DNA of 64,000 bases from Strigamia acuminata (Eukaryota): assembly GCA_949358305.1 (NCBI GenBank), contig OX442314.1, positions 26,846,001 to 26,910,000 of the forward strand, written 5' to 3'. Made by a program: the position numbers and the translations under genes. Of the stretch, positions 36,501-48,476 are shown in pieces (positions within the stretch are counted from its first letter, which is position 1; the number at the start of each line of letters is the position of its first letter). The notes below the pieces were generated by a model. The model saw only the letters and a list, made by a program, of their open reading frames with translations, did no database searches and was not told the origin of the DNA.

Positions 36501-39500
36501 AGTTACAACCCTGCCTGGAACACTTTAACCTTTTCATAGCCATGGAGAGTTAACAAATAACAAATAACAAAAGTAGTAAAACAACTAACTTTTTTTCCTA
36601 AAAATTAATTCAGGGGACCAACATTAATTCTTCCAAAATTTTTTTTATAATTTTATAATGACTAAGTTCGAATATTTTTTTGGATCATTAATAAAAAAAT
36701 ACAATAGTGAGTTTTGCCAATTGTTACAAGCTCATAATTATAAAAATGGACTTATAACATAACGTAACTCTTCAACTTTTACACTATTTTGTAAAATAAG
36801 GGAGCCAATCAGATCGCTTAAAATTATTTGTAGTTCCTCCCACTATTGCAAATGGCGCTGATGGTGCTGATGGAAATTACAAATGGCGACATGAACAGTT
36901 TCAACTTTCAGTCTCAATCACAATTTCTTTCTGCCATCGAAGGATAGAAATAACTAAAATTATTCCAGGTAAGCAAATAAATAAACTGGAAGACAATTTC
37001 ATGTCTGAAAACTGTCAAATTAGTAAAACTACAGATTTTCATTTTCTTTTGCATAGGGATTTGTTCTACCATTACATGGTATTTATAAGTATAATTTATA
37101 AAATATATCGCAAGTGCCTATTTCAAGAAGGAATTATAATTATAATTATGAGCTTGTAACTCATAATTATAAGGAACAATTGGCAACCGCAAACTCACTA
37201 ATTAACTACAACATAAAACACTATTGCGGGAGCGCTTTACAACTGTTTTGCCACATTTTAACATTAGGCGGTACATTGTATATTGATATGCTTCTGTGCA
37301 TTTGCACAATTGCATTTTTTCAGGAAATATGTGATTGTGCATATGCGCAGAAGCATTTCAAAAGGAGACAGAAATGATCGACCATGGCAATCAATGTGTG
37401 GTAACCAGTCATGGGGCTATGGGAAGGTTAAAGTAAACACAATGTATTCTGACGAGTAATGCTGGTTTATCACAGATTCCATTTCTCTGGAACTGCAAAG
37501 TCAAAGAGAATCCTTTGGTGATGGACAAATCTAAAAATGTCAATAATATAATTTGAAACTTATTTACCAATTGCCATATACAGAGTGGGTAAAAAGTCCT
37601 TCATTCACCAAACTTTGTAAAGGTATTGGAGATTGTTAAAGGAGTATTTTTGTAACATATTTGTTAAGTTCTAACTTCTTTCAACAACAATGTTAGACTA
37701 AAAATGTCAATTGTAAAGTTATAGAACATTATTTTTTTTAACATTTTTTTAACACCCAAAATCATGTGGTCACCCTCAGAGACATTCTGTGGGCGACCCC
37801 CTTCTGAGCCATAAGAGGGGTTACTTTCCCCTTCTTGATCCACTTCTTGAAAAAACAAGTGCATGCCCTGAGGGAGTGAAAAGAGTGACAGGCAGCCATA
37901 CCAATGGTGGCCACTGTCACCTCACCCCACTGTTTAAAGCTATGGATTTCCCGCCTTTAAGGGAGAAATGGCTTGTCACAGTGGTGAATGGTGAGAGAGG
38001 CAGTGTCGACAACAGGCAGGGTTGCCTTTGCCGGCGTTGGGACAGTGACCGGCACACACTTCTCTCCCATATTGCACACGTCCTTCCTCTCTGCTCTCCC
38101 AGCAATGTCTCTCTCTCACCACACCACTCAGCTCCCTCCTCCCCAGCTAGGCCAGTCCACTCCAAAAAGGGGACAGCTTGGGGCCACTAGGTGGTATGTG
38201 GAGTGACGCAGGTCACTAAGGGTGGCCAAACGGTCACAAACTATTTGATGTATATTACATGGGTAATCACTAAAGATCACAAGTAAGACAAATCACAGAG
38301 TTCGACTTTGAGGGGCTACATCTTGTATATTTCCTGTATCTGTCTTAACTCTTTTAGGCCAACTTAATTTCTTTCAAAATATACGTAAAAAAGGATATTC
38401 CTTTACCAGTAGTAATTTTGGGATTAATACAATGTGTTTATTTGCAGCTAAGAAATAAATACTTTCCACTTTTTGTAGTGAAAAATTATTTTGTAGCAAA
38501 AAAAATGAGATTATTGTTTTTTTTATTTTTACTGAAAAATTTCTCCTGTTGACACATTTTTGCCATTGTCCTAAACCAATGACACTCTACAATTTTGCAA
38601 TTGACATTTTTGTGTTGAGTTCTTGGTTAAGAAGTTAAAACTGGGATAACAATGTTGCAACAAGATTTGCCATTAAAATATCTACAACACTTTTCAATTC
38701 ATTTGCCAAAGAAAGGATTTTTTTTATCTGTTGTATAAATTGAGCAGTTTTTATTACCTGTTTTGAAGATTAAAGCAGCTCCCATTACTGTATTCTTTTC
38801 ACTTATTTCTGTATGTGAATTAGTTGATAAAACTTTGCTATTGTTTCTAGTCATTTGAAAAATAGGTTTCTTGTACTATAAAAACAGTGTTAAATAAAAT
38901 TAAAGAATATGGAGCAACAGAAAATGAAGATGTGCTGAACTATAATTTTACGCATTGATTTAAAGGTGGGAATGTCACTACAATAATAGATCGGACACTT
39001 GAGATCCTTTACTTACGACGCCAGTCACAAACAAACTTAGCATTATCGCGCAGGTAAATTCGTGTGAAACTTGTTTTGCGCAAGCATTTGTGTTCTAATA
39101 ATGAATGAGTATTTGTGCCCACATGCGTGTATCCTTGAGGTATTGTATCCAATTCATCCGATTTCGAATTACTCGATAATTACACAGAACTAATTAATAG
39201 CATAACAGAAGGAATACTGTTGGTTTTGAGTGCTCAGTCTTCACGCCAGGTGAACGTTTCACCTGCGCACCCACGACGTCCAGATGACGTACTTGGCCTA
39301 AACCAATCAGGGTTGAGCGCACCTGTATATAATGTGTTAGCAATTAGAATAAAGTCAGTCATTCATGTTAAACCTAACCACGCGTCTTATCATTGTCCCA
39401 ACCTTCGACACCAAAAAACTACAGGTTATGGGCCCAGCACGCTTCCACTGCGGATAAGAATCATCAAGTTTTGTACACGAAACGATCGAGGAAGTCAAAA

Positions 39501-42500
39501 CGTTTTTGACACGAACCGTTTCGAGAAGCAAAATTGAATATTTTGCTAAGTTATGACGCAAAATATGAATTATATAAAGAGGCAATAAATGTTGTTAACT
39601 ATAGGCTTGTCCAATATTATTAAATAAAAACTAGTACTTTAAAGAAAAAATACCAGGGGGAGGGCTTGACCCTTACCCCCGGTCTAGCCCGAGACCTGAT
39701 TCCTAGTCCAATTTTAAGGAACTGAGAAATAAAAACCACAGGAATTCAGAAATAAAACTTTATTTACTGAAAAAGCATCGAAAAGGCATGACGGATCGAC
39801 TTATTGGCGATCTAAAAATTCAATAAAATAAAATAAATAAATGTTGTAAGGGTGGCAAAAAACTTTCAACAAGGAAGCATAGAAAACAAACAGAAGGGTG
39901 GGAAATAACAACATTTATTGCCTCTTTATATAATTCATATTTTGCGTCATAACTTAGCAAAATATTCAATTATATTACAGCTAAGGCAATAAATGTTGTT
40001 AACTATAGGCTCTTTGTAGCCTCCACTAACCACTAAGATAAAATCACTCAAAATCTTTTCGACTGGGTGATTATAAAACATAAAAGACCGAAGCAGAGGA
40101 CCAATCCGCCGCTCGGAAGATATAAGAATTATTGTGCCCGGGACTGGACATAATTCCTTGTCCTCAAAATAAGGTAGAACGAAAGGAGTGGATAAAGATG
40201 ATTTTCTCCTCCCTAGAAGGGGAAAAAACACACAAATTGGTAGAGAAAACTACCTTGGTCGACACGAGTTTAAGGTTATGGAAGCTTTCCCTGCCAAGGG
40301 GAGGGCTAAAAGACGTAGGCATTCTTAATTCTAATTCAATCTCTCGAAACATCACGTTACCATTATGAAGAACAAAATTCTCAGTTTGATATTTGATATT
40401 TTACGAGGAGTAAACGCCCATTTACTGCTACTCTGGTAGAGCGACTATTTTGGTATTTAAGATTCATATGTCACGTCGTTAAGTTCAACTAGAAACAAAG
40501 GTTTAGAAGAACTAGATTTTCAGGGGTGTGTATTAACCAGGCCAGGACCGTGACAATGCTCTTCGCAATTATCGTGTCTAAAAATTAAATCTGTGGTCCG
40601 TGTAATTCTTCCCAAGTTAAGACGTTAAAGTTTAGGCTAATGTTTCATTAATGATATTACACATTCCGATGAATCATCTAGGTATGCCAAATCGAGGGTC
40701 ATCAGGTTGTTACAAACTTGGATTATTTTAATTACAAACCTGTGTGTAGGATGATAATAAAAACCAAACCGAAAAGATAAGACATTGTGTCAAGACGAAT
40801 AAAATCATGTGGATGCAAAAGGACCTACATCTTCCCATATTACATAAGTATAAAATAGGCGGGACCTTTATTTGTTAACAAAGTTTTGGTATATATTATT
40901 AACAAATGTGTTAGATGGTGAACCTCGTAATAAAAATGTGCTTCCAAGCACGATTCTTCCAAACTCAACTCTGATTTCTTATGAGGTATGGCGTGGGAAA
41001 AATTAGGTGGAAAGTAAAGATGACAAATCGCTTAAATAGAAGGCATAAATATACGGTTGACTTCAGTGACAATTGAAAAAACGTTTATTCAGATTAGGAG
41101 GTAGCTGGCACTGCAGAGTACGGAATGCTGAGATTATAAAGATGGCAATAGTTTAAAAGAGGGTCAAATCTTCTCCCTCCTTTCTTTCGTCGTCTTCCGA
41201 GAGGGCATTATGTATATTTTATAAATAAATTTTATATAATAGAAAAAAGACGGCGTCTCGAATCTGGGAAAGAGAAACATCTCGAGAGTGGGACCCGAAC
41301 CTCGGGTTCATGTGGTAGGTTGTTCCGCCCACTTTATTACACTGAGCTGATATGAACATAATTTCCAATTACATCTCGAGGTGCGTTGTCGATATTTTGA
41401 CAACTAACAAGTAACAAATATACAAACAGATTTTCATCCTAAAAATTAAAATGTAGCAATATTAATCGTGAGGCTCTCTAAGATTTTGCCGTCATGTTAG
41501 TAAAAAATATATATCAACCACCACTTAGTGGTGGGAAAGAAAAACTCTGAATTACCTAGATAAATAACCGGTGTTCCAGAAGAAGGATAAAGTGAGGAAC
41601 AAGTGAAAATTCGGCATGAATTTAACAAATTAAGTAAGGAAAATTAACATGCGAGAAAGGTCATGTTGGATGTGACTCCTCACTTGGCAGAAAAAACTAC
41701 ATCATGAAGCAACCTGACACACAGAAAAAAGATAAAGTTTATTTTGTAAATAGCCATGCAGTTCTTGTTAAATCTCACATTAATCAAAAGTTTCAATTGA
41801 TATTGTAAAAGAGCTTTGTTTTCCTCCACACCAGAGCCTAATCTGATATTTGAGGATGTGGGAAAACTCTAAACGTGCAAAATTCATTTGTTAAAAAGCA
41901 AACATGAATGGTCGAATTTTTCAAAGGACTATTTGCATTCGCATTAGAAAACATTAAAAGATTTGCAATTTAAGTTCATCTTCTAAGAGAAAAGAAAATT
42001 CACCTCCAATTTCTTTCGTCTCACCTTTAAAATAATGTTAACACTAATCAGTAGTAGTGTAAAATAATTTTATTGAACTGTGTAAAGTAAAATAAAATAA
42101 AATAAAATAAAATAAAATAAAAGTCAAATTTGATACGAAAACAGTTTCTCGATTGTTGTACGGCGCTACGCAAATAATATGATTGTCTCGGGCAAGAATG
42201 AAAGCAAAACACTGGTACAGCAAGGTAATGGCAAGTTGCGACAAAAGTTGAGCATGTCGACTATTATATTTGCAAGACAAACAAACATTTGAGGTGATGA
42301 GATCACTATTCTCGTTATCAACTTAGTAGCACAAAAAAACTAGTTGAAGCTCATGGGTACTGACAATATTTGGCCTCCGCTTGTTGGTAAAATAAATAAC
42401 TCAACTTCTGCCTTGAAGCGGGAACATTTCCTTGTTGTGCAGCAACATTCGCAGCCACAACTCATGTGCGCTGTTGAGAGAAAAATCCGAAAACCGGGCA

Positions 42501-45500
42501 AAAAGGTCCCGTTTTGTAGCGGACAAAGCCTCTGCTTTCTAGCGGACAAATTTTCCGCTTTATAACGGGCAAAACCTCCGCTGTGTACGAAAGCTACGTT
42601 CCTGTTCTCTCTCTCCTCTGTTCATGGGCGAAAATTGTCTCCCCTTATCGGTTGACCGGTTAAAAGTCCGGCGAGTTCGACTATCATGCCGGAAACCCTT
42701 CGCGGGATTTATGTTCCTGGGTCGGTCTACTAACGCGAACTGAACTGCTTATTTCTCTAAATTTACAAAAAACAATAAGTTGTTAGTGAAAAAATTTTTT
42801 GAAGCAATAAAAAATTACTGAAAACGTTCAAAAAATTGCCCTTGAAAAGGGATATCTCTATCTGAGTTGCGGATATGCTACACCATATCAGCTTTATGGC
42901 GCTCAAACTTTGTACGACGTTAAAAAGTCTTTCAGTGCTAATCGCGTTCATCATATTCGTACTATTGAAAATTGCTTTGTTGGCATACAACAGCTCTTCC
43001 CTGCTCATAGGGGCGTGTGTTGTTGTGCTGAACGTTTGAAAATCTGGCCAAAATTGAGCCCACGCGAGCAACTATGCCATTCAATCTACGTAAAAAACGT
43101 TCACGCAGAAAATAGATGGCTTGTTACGCACTCCTACGTAGGCTTTCACGTCCTCATCCATCTTATTTCCCCTTTTCAGAAGGGAACTTGACGATTTGGG
43201 CAAGGAAAATGTGCCTTAAAACTGTTAGTTAGGGCAGCTGAAGCCAGTTAACTCAAATTTTTTGACACATTTCCTTCGCGGATGACTCGTGCAGAAGGAC
43301 GCATCATCATTGTGACCGCTGGAATCGACTGAAGAACGGACGGAGTCATCATCAAATGGGATGGTGAATTTGAGACTGAACGAGTTGACTGTTATTCTTG
43401 AACGAAATTCGTTCGATCATCTGAAGTGCCGGAGCCCGACGATTCAAATTTGAACAGTGAAACATCTGACTACAACCAGTCAGCAACCACGTGTGATCAA
43501 TCAAAATCAAATCATGTAGCAAAAAACAAAACTTACGTGATTCTCAGACTGAGCCAAACCCCACTCGTCTCTACGAGATCGAGACATTTTTGGTTGGTCG
43601 GTAGACTCCTCCCGCTGAAGAGGAGCCCCACCTGTCTGGTTATTGAGAAAAGGCCATGAAAATAAGCTTTTCAATTGCTTGGGAAGAAAGTTCCATTTCG
43701 GAGTTAGGCATTTGACTATTCGCAACGTGCGAGACGATTAAGTCGGCCCCAATCAGATTCCGTATACCGTTAAATTCCTCTTTGATTCGTTCAATTTGCT
43801 TCTTTGAAGACAAATGTGGGATGTTGACGATGGATCCAACTAGCAGGGTTCTTATCTGGGCCGAGGTCGAGGACGCGATAGGCTCGTGATGAATCTCGTC
43901 ACGTGTTGAAATCGTTAGTCCTAACGGCGCGCAGGCGGCTACGTGCATTTTCTAACCCTTTTGGCACTTGAAACGAGAAAAACGGACTTCCTACCTCTAG
44001 ATTATACAGGATTCGTATTGAAAAAGGGCAAAAATTATTCAAAATAACTAAAAATTCTAGGGCGCGATGGATTCGTGATGAATGTCAGCACGTGTCTTAG
44101 TGAAGTTAGGCTTAGCGGTGGTCGGGTGACCACGCGTTCTCCGTGCTTTTTCGGAGTTTGAAACATCTTCAGATGACTTCTTACCTCTAACTTTAGTAGG
44201 GCCCATCGTAAATTGGGGGTAGAAGATGTAAAAAAGCAAAAACTATAAAATAACCAAAATTTTTCTTGGACGCGAAAAAACGCGTGCAGAAAGCTTGGCT
44301 AGTAAAATTAGACTAGGGATCAGGTCTCGGGCTAGACCGGGGGTAAGGGTCAAGCCCTCCCCCTGGTATTTTTTCTTTAAAGTACTAGTTTTTATTTAAT
44401 AATATTGGACAAGCCTATAGTTAACAACATTTATTGCCTTAGCTGTAATATAATTAGAAACGATGGCGAATGCAGGCGGAATTTCGGCTAGAATCGAAGC
44501 ACTGGGGAAAGAGAACTACGATGCGTGGAAAGTCCAAATGGAAGCAATTTTGGGGAAGAACGATCTCCTGAAGTACGCGGACGGAACATTGAAGCGACCA
44601 GAAGTTGTGCCAGAAAACAACAACACCAAGAAAGCCGCCGAAATTTGGGACGCGAAGGACAGAAACACGAGATACGATATCTTGCTACACGTAAAGCAGT
44701 CAGAGATTCGATTGTTGAAAAACTGTAAGACCTCAAACGAATTATGGAGAAAATTGGACGAAATTTACGAAGCGAAAGGACCGGCAAATATGGGCATGTT
44801 GCTGAAACAAATTTGCGGAAACAAAATGGCTGAAAACGAAAACGTGCGTGACTATCTGAAGGGATTTTTTGAAGCAGTCGATAAGCTACTCGACATGGAT
44901 ATGGAAATCCATCCGACACTTACTGGGATGCTGCTGTTGCAAAGTTTGCCGAAATCATTCGATACGTTCAAGATCACGATGGAATCGCAAGACACATTGC
45001 CGACGCTGGAAGCGCTAAAAGCTAAAATTATAGCCGCAGCAATTTCTCAAGAGAAAGATAAAGAAGAAGTATCCGACGCAATGATGGCCAAGAAATCGTT
45101 CCAAAAACGGAGGCAACCAAAGAACGGCGACGATGAATCGGATTCCGATGAAAAGCTGACTTTTAAATTTAAATGTCACGGTTGCGGAAAAATCGGACAT
45201 AAAATCGCGGATTGTTGGAGCAAGAATAAGAGGGAAACTGCGTCGAGGGCCGAAAAATTCAGACACGACGCGTATCATTGTGAATGGATGGAAACGGCGA
45301 TGAAATGTGAAGCGCCAAAATCGAAAAGATGGTGTTTGGGCAGCAGTACCAGTTCACACAAACGTTCGGACGAATCGACATTCAAAAACGTTGAAGCATT
45401 GAAGAACCGAAAATTGAATTTGGCCAGTAATGCGAGCACGAAAATCAACGGAAAAGGAACTGTGAAGATCGAAATTGGTCCCGAAAATGACAATTTACAT

Positions 45501-47196
45501 TCGAAACTGGAAGAAACGTTGCTGGTACGTGACTTACAAACAAATTTAATGTCTGTCAGAAATATTACCGACCAAGGTGATAAAGTTATTTTCAAGAAAA
45601 AGGCCGCAGAAATTATAAAACCAAATAGAAAAGTTGTTTTTACGGCGGAGAACACGAGTACGGAAGTCGAGAAGACGAGAACCGGGAACGTGAAGACCGA
45701 AAAGGCAAGCATGGAAGTCGAGAAAGCAAAAACCGAGAATAAGAAAGCATGTACGGGAGTCAAGAAGACGAGAACCGAGAACAAGAAAGTGTGCACGGAA
45801 GTCGACAAGACAAGACCCAAGAACGTAGAAATTCGCGAATGGCACGAGAAGCTCGAGTACGAATCAATTTTGAAGAAACTGAAAAACGACATTGCAGAAC
45901 AGATAAGTCGAACATTAATGGAAATGGCGCGATGTATGTTTTTGCAGTCAAGCAAGGAATCGAGTGTAGAACTTTCCGAAAATGAGAACGAAGTTGAAAT
46001 TTCCGAAAACAGGGACAAAGTTGAACTTTCCGAAAACGAGGACGAAGTTGAAATTTCCGAGAACGAGAACGAAGTTGAAATTTCCGAAAGCGAGAACGAA
46101 TTCGAGGTTTCTGAGAACGAGAATGAAGTCGAAGTCGAGATCAATGACGAAGTCGAGAACGAGACGGAACAAGGGGAAGTCGAAACTCCCCAGATCAAAA
46201 ACGTACGGCCGCCTCCGCGACAATCTTCGAGAACTTGGAAACTGCATTCAAATCGAAATGGAAAACCACCAGGAAGAATTCGATATGAAGAGTATTAATT
46301 AGTAAAACAAAATATTTGAATTGTTTGAGAAAAATATGTTAAATATTTGAATTGTTTAAGAAAAGCGTTTTTAATTGTTTTGACTTTTGAAATGTAAAAA
46401 TGTTGGAATATGTGGTGACTGGCACTCAGGGGAAGTGTTGGTTTTGAGTGCTCAGTCTTCACGCCAGGTGAACGTTTCACCTGCGCACCCACGACGTCCA
46501 GATGACGTACTTGGCGTAAACCAATCAGGGTTGAGCGCACCTGTATATAATGTGTTAGCAATTAGAATAAAGTCAGTCATTGCTGTTAAACCTAACCACG
46601 CGTCTTATCATTGTCCCAACCTTCGACACCAAAAAACTACAAATACCTTTTGGTTTTCAAAATGACAAACAGATTGTGTACCAACGAATAAATACAAATC
46701 TAAAAAAAAAAAAAAAAAAAAAAAAACACACACTTACCTGGTATGCTTCTATAAGTTCCAAATTGTTTAGCAAACTTGAATCGAGCCACAACTGAGTATA
46801 ATTTGAAACTTCGATATTTTGATTTATAATCCCTGTCACTGCATTCCCACAATATCTAGGATTGTTGAAAGCGCCTTTTGCTGACAGCCAGTAAGGAGCC
46901 AAAGCTGCTGTATCTAATCCTGTCAACATGTAGCCAGGTATTTTTAGTTCTTTCGTTTCTTTATATTCAATCTCAACTTTAATTGGTTTAGACAAGTAGT
47001 ATTGCACTCTTCGGTATGTCTCATAACAACAAATGGTGAGACAAAACGTTACAGCAACCAACCACAGAATGCGAACTGCAACGGATTTCTGCTTGTCCAG
47101 TAACTTATTCAATATCGGCAGAGATGTCTTCTCGATTGAACTTGCAATTTCTTGTTTGCAAAAATGCCGAAGGCGATGTTTATTCAACTTCATCAT
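30521..47196 (-). CDS. DEG/ENaC-like gene C, two tandem channel modules, about 816 aa. Exons: 47196-46738, 38875-38758, 37530-37454, 36104-36015, 35729-35626, 35540-34703, 33235-33151, 33080-32989, 31483-31382, 31106-30997, 30896-30521
   Basis: GT-AG junctions keep frame; exons 2-11 match gene B in length except exon 8 (92 vs 98 nt); same TM1, TM2 and Cys motifs. Confidence 0.85.
31564..32140. mobile_element. TTAA/AGG-type MITE with the right end truncated
   Basis: GAGTGGGATTTTTACATTTTCTGAAAGCC versus GGCTTTCAGAAAATGTAAAAATCTCACTC; long imperfect inverted arms. Confidence 0.7.
32500..32570 (+). repeat. tRNA-derived SINE-like head (A box TGGTCCAGTGG, B box GGTTCAAATCC)
   Basis: Pol III box motifs at tRNA-like spacing; no clean cloverleaf. 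Confidence 0.35.
33399..34121. mobile_element. Tc1/mariner-type MITE with ~260-bp TIRs and TA TSD
   Basis: TA-CAGGGTGGAAGAAAAGTCTG ... CAGACTTTTCTTCCACCCTG-TA; mirror-image pseudo-ORFs 33367(+) and 34117(-). Confidence 0.9.
34377..34447. repeat. 18-bp tandem repeat (TCCACACCCCAGTGGACA), about 4 copies
   Basis: Direct repetition. Confidence 0.9.
36529..37427. mobile_element. piggyBac-like TTAA MITE with a nested second MITE (about 36705-37200)
   Basis: TTAA-CCTTTTCATAGCC ... GGCTATGGGAAGG-TTAA; empty site in gene B near 19406-19440; inner TIR TAGTGAGTTT..GCCAATTGTT. Confidence 0.7.
39424..39452 (+). promoter_or_regulatory. Copia primer-binding site complementary to the 5' half of initiator tRNA-Met
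   Basis: GGTTATGGGCCCAGCACGCTTCCACTGCG immediately after the 5' LTR. Confidence 0.85.
39532..44455 (-). mobile_element. Decayed DIRS1-type element (DIRS-b), sister family of DIRS-a, nested in the Copia 5' UTR
   Basis: ITRs at about 39580-39715 and 44303-44439; ICR 39906-40010 joins both ends at AATT; YR remnant (RRKSSLSTPFVLPYFEDKELCPV...FYNHPV) at about 40010-40370; gag remnant (HFPCPNRQVPF, KMDEDVKAYV) at about 43100-43240; ITR motifs GGCTTGTCCAATA and CCAGGGGG shared with DIRS-a. Confidence 0.88.
44463..46298 (+). CDS. gag: Copia Gag with CCHC knuckle, inactive protease and integrase remnants; no RT/RNase H
   Basis: IEALGKENYDAWK, CHGCGKIGHKIADC, WCLGSSTSSH (catalytic D lost), NDIAEQISRTLMEMARCM (integrase tail), acidic ISENENEVE repeats. 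Confidence 0.85.
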   Translation: MANAGGISARIEALGKENYDAWKVQMEAILGKNDLLKYADGTLKRPEVVPENNNTKKAAEIWDAKDRNTRYDILLHVKQSEIRLLKNCKTSNELWRKLDEIYEAKGPANMGMLLKQICGNKMAENENVRDYLKGFFEAVDKLLDMDMEIHPTLTGMLLLQSLPKSFDTFKITMESQDTLPTLEALKAKIIAAAISQEKDKEEVSDAMMAKKSFQKRRQPKNGDDESDSDEKLTFKFKCHGCGKIGHKIADCWSKNKRETASRAEKFRHDAYHCEWMETAMKCEAPKSKRWCLGSSTSSHKRSDESTFKNVEALKNRKLNLASNASTKINGKGTVKIEIGPENDNLHSKLEETLLVRDLQTNLMSVRNITDQGDKVIFKKKAAEIIKPNRKVVFTAENTSTEVEKTRTGNVKTEKASMEVEKAKTENKKACTGVKKTRTENKKVCTEVDKTRPKNVEIREWHEKLEYESILKKLKNDIAEQISRTLMEMARCMFLQSSKESSVELSENENEVEISENRDKVELSENEDEVEISENENEVEISESENEFEVSENENEVEVEINDEVENETEQGEVETPQIKNVRPPPRQSSRTWKLHSNRNGKPPGRIRYEEY

Positions 47197-48476
47197 TCTT
47201 AAATTTTCGATACAACTTATAATCTTGGTGCTTTAGTCAGTATAGATTTTTTTTTCAGTTGTTTAATTTGTTTTCTGGTGTAAACATGGTAATTGAGGGC
47301 CAACACGCCGAATTGAACGTATAAGATCCTGTTAATTAAAACTTGTAATTAATTTTTTGAAAGTTACCGTAATGATGTTAACTTTTCTAAAACATTCATG
47401 TTGCAGTTTTGTTTCTTAATTTAAGTTTTTAGCTTAATACGAATATTTGTGGGTTTGTTGCAACAATTCAAACGTTACTCTGTAATATCTTAAAGTTGAC
47501 ATCTTGTGACGTTATGGTCTTATCTATGGCAGCCTGGAGACTGGTTACCATGGGGTGGGACGCGTACTCACGTAAATGAAAAACAAGGGCTCCAGAATGT
47601 TGGGTTGTTGGCCTTTAATCGTTGTCTAGGGGTTGGTGTCTCTTGTCTATCCACGTGTTGGCAGTGCTGCGAAGGCACGCCACACCAGCAATCGATCCGT
47701 CTCACACAGGGAGGGATCCCCATGAATGACATAGCCAGTTGGACATAACTATTCTGTCGTACTTACCTGTATGACCCATGCAACCGCTAATGGAGGCTGT
47801 GGTAGATCCAACATCTCACCACTGAGCGTCACAGTGGGGAATAGGGAGGAGAGCAGAGTCAGCACAGGGCACGACTGCCCTTGCTGGCTTTAGGACTTCA
47901 CTTCACACGTCTGTCTCGATTGAGACCTAGCGCTCTTCTCTCTCCCTATCCCTACACCACTTAGCTCCCTTCTTCCTGTACTGGGTCATCCCACTCCACA
48001 AAGAGGGGTGACCTTGGGGCCTTTGGGCGGTGTGTGGAGTGACCTAGGTCACCCTTGGGTGGCCAAGCGGTCACAATCCACTAGCCAAATACATTGAAAA
48101 AAATTGCAGCAAAGTGTGAGAAGCTTTACAATCACAGTTTCAATGTCCCAGTGCAGATTTAACTAGAGGTTTAATGTCGGAATGATACTGAATGGCTGGT
48201 CAGAGTGTGTGGCGGGACTCATGGAATCATGGAATCATGGCAATTGGTGAAAGTGGTGAAAGATTTTTAGCTAAACTACTGTGCGTCTTCTTTATTTGTT
48301 GGTGATATGTTCTCCTTTGGTTTTTGCCTCTTGTGTTTGGGCTGGATGCTCAGAGTACCTTGTTGTTTGATTGGAGGGTATTCAACGGCGATTTGCGCAT
48401 CTTGTGCACCATTGCTTTTTTCGCTCTTCTATGTATAATTATAAGGCTGTTCTAAAGATACTGAAGCTTCCTACTA

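Larger units (their letters stand above)
39218..46641 (+). mobile_element. Non-autonomous Ty1/Copia LTR element in gene C intron 1, with DIRS-b nested inside
   Basis: 206-bp near-identical LTRs at 39218-39423 and 46436-46641 (TG...CA); 5-bp TSD AATAC; PBS 39424-39452; PPT AGGGGAAG 46428-46435. Confidence 0.95.

Noticed and set aside
45275..46198. 307-aa antisense Ser/Phe-rich ORF
   Set aside because: Shadow of the Glu/Lys-rich repetitive sense ORF.
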